DNA of 10,005 nt from Candidatus Micrarchaeota archaeon (GTDB lineage: Archaea; Micrarchaeota; Micrarchaeia; Anstonellales; Bilamarchaeaceae): the NCBI GenBank assembly GCA_043816005.1, contig JBDRIM010000069.1, positions 1 to 10,005 of the forward strand, written 5' to 3'. Under the pieces are notes generated by a model. It did no database searches and was not told the DNA's origin. It saw nothing but the letters and a program-made list of their open reading frames with translations. Shown one piece after another: positions 7,271 through 10,005 of this stretch. A program made the translations under genes and the position numbers. Position 1 is the stretch's first letter; every line of letters starts with the position of its first letter.

Positions 7271-8236
7271 TCATATCTCTGGTATATAACTTGTTTTGTG
7301 ATGTTTGACTCTAGAATAATATTTATATTCTCTGATATCCTCTGGGTACGTTTCCCTAAATACATCCATCATTTCAATGAATTTGCTGAAATTTTCAACT
7401 TCTACATCAAATTCAAGATCGCTTGTGGCAAGAGTCTTTTCCGTGTATACCACATTCGGGTTCGATAAAATATTTTCTGCAGCTTTTTTTACATTATCAA
7501 ATTTTTTGAACCAAATATCTACCTTATAATATTCTCTTTCAAGTGCCTGTAAATTAAAAATCGGTCTGAAACCGACTATTACTTTCTTATCGCACAATTT
7601 TTTCAGGTGATATCTTGCAGTCACTATGCTTATTCTTAGTTTTTTTGCAATATCAACTAATGACGCTCTGGCGTTGTTTGAAAGGTAGGCCAACAGGGCA
7701 AAATCAATAGCATCTAATTTCTCTTTTTCTGTTCTGGTTATTGTAATAAATTGAGTCTTATCCTCAGATCCGTTCAACAGATAAAGTCTAGAAAATTCAA
7801 TATACTCGGTCATTATAGAAAGATGGTATTTTGCAAAATATTGTCCAAACTTTTCCTTAAATGAATTCCAAAATTCATCATACTCCCAGTTTGTCCTGGC
7901 CCATACCCCCAAAACAATATTATACTCTCCGTTTATACGATAAAAAACCGCGACATTTTTTGAGTTTATGAGGTAATTTTCTATCTCATGTTCAGTAATT
8001 GGTGAAGTATTTTGTAATCTCAGATAAAGCCTATGAAGTACAAATCCTAATTTAGAAAGATTGACTACTGTGTAAAATCCCTGCAAAATACCTTCATCCT
8101 GCAATCTTTTGACTCTATATTTTACTGTTTCTTTTGCCACTCTTATTCTCTTACCAAGTTCGCTATAGCTCGTTCTAGCATTTTTGTCTAATTCAGAAAG
8201 GATTTTTCTATCTGTAAGATCAAGAGTAAAAACCAA
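7271..8236 (-). CDS. Tandem (double) Lrp/AsnC-family transcriptional regulator
   Basis: Two wHTH units, LDLTDRKILSELDKNARTSYSELGK...V.YR.KRL and LDAIDFALLAYLSNNARASLVDIAKKL, each followed by a ligand-binding-like domain. TTG start abuts the upstream TAA, with a G-rich SD inside the upstream gene. Confidence 0.92.
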   Translation of the reverse strand: MVFTLDLTDRKILSELDKNARTSYSELGKRIRVAKETVKYRVKRLQDEGILQGFYTVVNLSKLGFVLHRLYLRLQNTSPITEHEIENYLINSKNVAVFYRINGEYNIVLGVWARTNWEYDEFWNSFKEKFGQYFAKYHLSIMTEYIEFSRLYLLNGSEDKTQFITITRTEKEKLDAIDFALLAYLSNNARASLVDIAKKLRISIVTARYHLKKLCDKKVIVGFRPIFNLQALEREYYKVDIWFKKFDNVKKAAENILSNPNVVYTEKTLATSDLEFDVEVENFSKFIEMMDVFRETYPEDIREYKYYSRVKHHKTSYIPEI

Positions 8237-9064
8237 TTAATTCCCCCCTGTAATTTCAAGATATTCATCAAACAGTTTTATCAGTTTTTTTAATTCTGGT
8301 GTTACTGAAGAAAATTTAAATTCATCAATTTGTCTTATTGGAATTATTTTTCCTGATGTGCTTGTTAGGAAAGCTCCGTCATAATTTTTCATATCAGTAA
8401 GTGCGATGTTTCTCTCACTTATAATAAATCCATTTTTCTTTGCAAGCATGAGCACATACTTTTTCGTAACACCTGGTAATGTACATTCATGAGGTGGCAT
8501 CATAATCTCATTATTTTTTATCGCAAAAAAGTTTGTTCTACTACCCTCCACAATATTTCCATTATTATCTACAAATAATACGTCGTAACACTCTTTTTCA
8601 TGTGCTTGTGAATAGTATATGTAACTTGGTAACATATTCAATGTTTTTGCCTGAGGAAACCATCTTTCATATTTTTTTGTCATGGTTTTCACTCCATCTC
8701 TGTAAATTTTCTTATCTGGGAATTTTGGTGCAAGCGGTAAAATGTAAATTGTTACCTCCTCCTTCTTTTTGGCACCAATAAGCATAATCTTGAGGTTTAC
8801 TGTTGTTTTTTCTGGAAGCCTTTCCAACAGCATCTCAATATGTTTTTTTATCTCTGATTTTTTGAATTGATGATTCAGACTAATTGTTTCTGCTGACTTA
8901 AACAATCTTTCAATATGGTCATCTAAGAAATATGGAATCCCATTCCTAGCTCTCACATTTTCGTACACTCCAAATCCATAGGAATATTCAATATTGAAAA
9001 GCGATATGACTGCCTGCGAAACTGGGAGGACCTCTCCATTCTTAACAAAATATTCAAACACCAT
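8237..9064 (-). CDS. PLP-dependent class IV (fold type IV) aminotransferase (IlvE/Dat/PabC family)
   Basis: YGFGVYE, HIERLFKSA, catalytic Lys in AKTLNML, VEGSRTNFF, LPGVT, AFLTST. Confidence 0.93.
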   Translation of the reverse strand: MVFEYFVKNGEVLPVSQAVISLFNIEYSYGFGVYENVRARNGIPYFLDDHIERLFKSAETISLNHQFKKSEIKKHIEMLLERLPEKTTVNLKIMLIGAKKKEEVTIYILPLAPKFPDKKIYRDGVKTMTKKYERWFPQAKTLNMLPSYIYYSQAHEKECYDVLFVDNNGNIVEGSRTNFFAIKNNEIMMPPHECTLPGVTKKYVLMLAKKNGFIISERNIALTDMKNYDGAFLTSTSGKIIPIRQIDEFKFSSVTPELKKLIKLFDEYLEITGGN

Positions 9065-9085
9065 ACTTACTATTTTTTATAAAAA

Positions 9086-9106
9086 TATATAAAAAGCTTT
9101 CTTTTT
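9086..9106 (-). promoter_or_regulatory. BRE/TATA promoter of the aminotransferase-Lrp operon (leaderless)
   Basis: Minus strand reads AAAAAGAAAGC-TTTTTATATA, with the TATA 22-31 nt upstream of ATG 9064. Confidence 0.6.
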
Positions 9107-9196
9107 CAGTAAATTTTTACTATTAATATTAATATATAATAAAGATACAGATACTATCAGAATTTAACACAATTAGAACTTTAATATGGTGGGAAA

Positions 9197-9661
9197 ATGA
9201 AATTATTATATTTTCATGCTAAAGATCTGCAAATGAAAGTTGGTCTAAAACACCCACCTACCAAACAAAGAAAGATCGAAAACTATCTTCGTAGGAAGTT
9301 GGGTGATAATCTACCCACTCTTAATGATTCTAATCGTCTAACAGAATCAAGAAATGCGCTTCTTGTTTTTGTATGTGCAGAAAAAGGTGACGAAGCTATT
9401 GATCTAACGCCCGTAACCGAAGATATCATCCGAGCAAGAGCTCTTTTAGGTGTGGTGGATATTGTTATCGGTGCGTTCGGTCACCTAAGCAATCAAATTG
9501 CCGAGCCAGCACTTGCTAGGCAGATTATTGATAATCTTGCCTTTCAAGTACGCTCCATACATCCAAGCACCAAGCAATTTCCGTTTGGTTGGGACAAATC
9601 TATAGATCTCCATATTCCCTGTCATCATTTCAATACTTCTTTCAAATCGTATCCTGTTTGA
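9197..9661 (+). CDS. Free-standing archaeal-type threonyl-tRNA synthetase editing-domain protein (DTD-like fold), divergent
   Basis: MKLLYFH, LLVFVCAEKGD, AFGHLS..IA.P and PFGWDK match the archaeal ThrRS editing domain (MR.L..H, V.F..VE..D, PFAHLS..LA.P, PFGYYK). SD GGTGG upstream; the ORF stops right after the domain. Confidence 0.85.
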   Translation: MKLLYFHAKDLQMKVGLKHPPTKQRKIENYLRRKLGDNLPTLNDSNRLTESRNALLVFVCAEKGDEAIDLTPVTEDIIRARALLGVVDIVIGAFGHLSNQIAEPALARQIIDNLAFQVRSIHPSTKQFPFGWDKSIDLHIPCHHFNTSFKSYPV

Positions 9662-9813
9662 TGCCAAATTTAATTTAGTGACATTTTATTTGGTTATTGC
9701 TAATCATTTTAAATAACTAGACAACAATAGGTAAAGAATCAACGTCTGAATGGTGTAAAAATACAAAACGCATTTTTACTGAGTAACAATAAGAATTTTT
9801 ACATGGTGAAACT

Positions 9814-10005
9814 ATGAGAATACTAAAATTGCATTGCGACTATATCTACTACAAACCAAAAAAACTTGCAGTAAAACAAGGTGCCGATGAAGTTACGAAA
9901 GAAGACCTAGAAGGTAAACGTGTAGAAGAAGTGTTGGTTGTTTTCACTGCTGTTGAGACTGGTGATGGTAAAAAGGAAATATCTGAAGCAGTAGCCGAGA
10001 TAAAA
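9814..10005 (+). CDS. thrS: Archaeal-type threonyl-tRNA synthetase, 5' part (editing domain); runs off the right edge
   Basis: Not in the ORF track. MRILKLHCDYIYYKPKKLAVKQGADEVTKEDLEGKRVEEVLVVFTAVETGDGKKEISEAVAEIK, with GGTGA SD at 9805-9809. The catalytic domain is outside the window, so full length is assumed. Confidence 0.85.
   Translation, partial: MRILKLHCDYIYYKPKKLAVKQGADEVTKEDLEGKRVEEVLVVFTAVETGDGKKEISEAVAEIK

Noticed and set aside
8533..9667. ORFs 8533-8781 (+) and 9485-9667 (-)
   Set aside because: Antisense shadows of the aminotransferase and editing-domain genes.
1..10005. Genome-wide stop-codon reassignment, CRISPR array, rRNA/tRNA, transposase or integrase
   Set aside because: Recognised genes end at expected lengths with TAA, TAG and TGA. 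No spaced direct repeats, RNA gene signatures or recombinase motifs were seen.

Overview
AT-rich, tightly packed archaeal chromosomal segment in the standard code. Archaeal origin is supported by an archaeal-type ThrRS N-terminus, Dph6, a DRG GTPase, TATA/BRE promoters and GGTGA/GGAG SD sites; a DPANN (Micrarchaeota-like) source is my inference from gene style. Left to right: partial DRG/Rbg GTPase (-), a GC-rich multi-hairpin intergenic element, HD hydrolase (-), 5-formyl-THF cyclo-ligase (+), Zn-ribbon protein (+), HAD-IIA phosphatase (-), membrane protein (+), diphthine-ammonia ligase (+), DUF6508-like protein (-), an unlisted CxxC/CxxC frame broken by in-frame TAG and TGA (-), purM (-), a second related hairpin element, a helical hypothetical (+), a catalytically degenerate LAGLIDADG protein (+), a double Lrp/AsnC regulator and class IV aminotransferase (-), a free-standing divergent ThrRS-editing-domain paralog (+) and the start of a probable thrS (+). 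Best leads: the editing-domain paralog/aminotransferase/Lrp locus, the palindromic element family, the two-stop Zn-finger frame and the degenerate LAGLIDADG protein. All calls come from reading motifs by eye; no searches were run.
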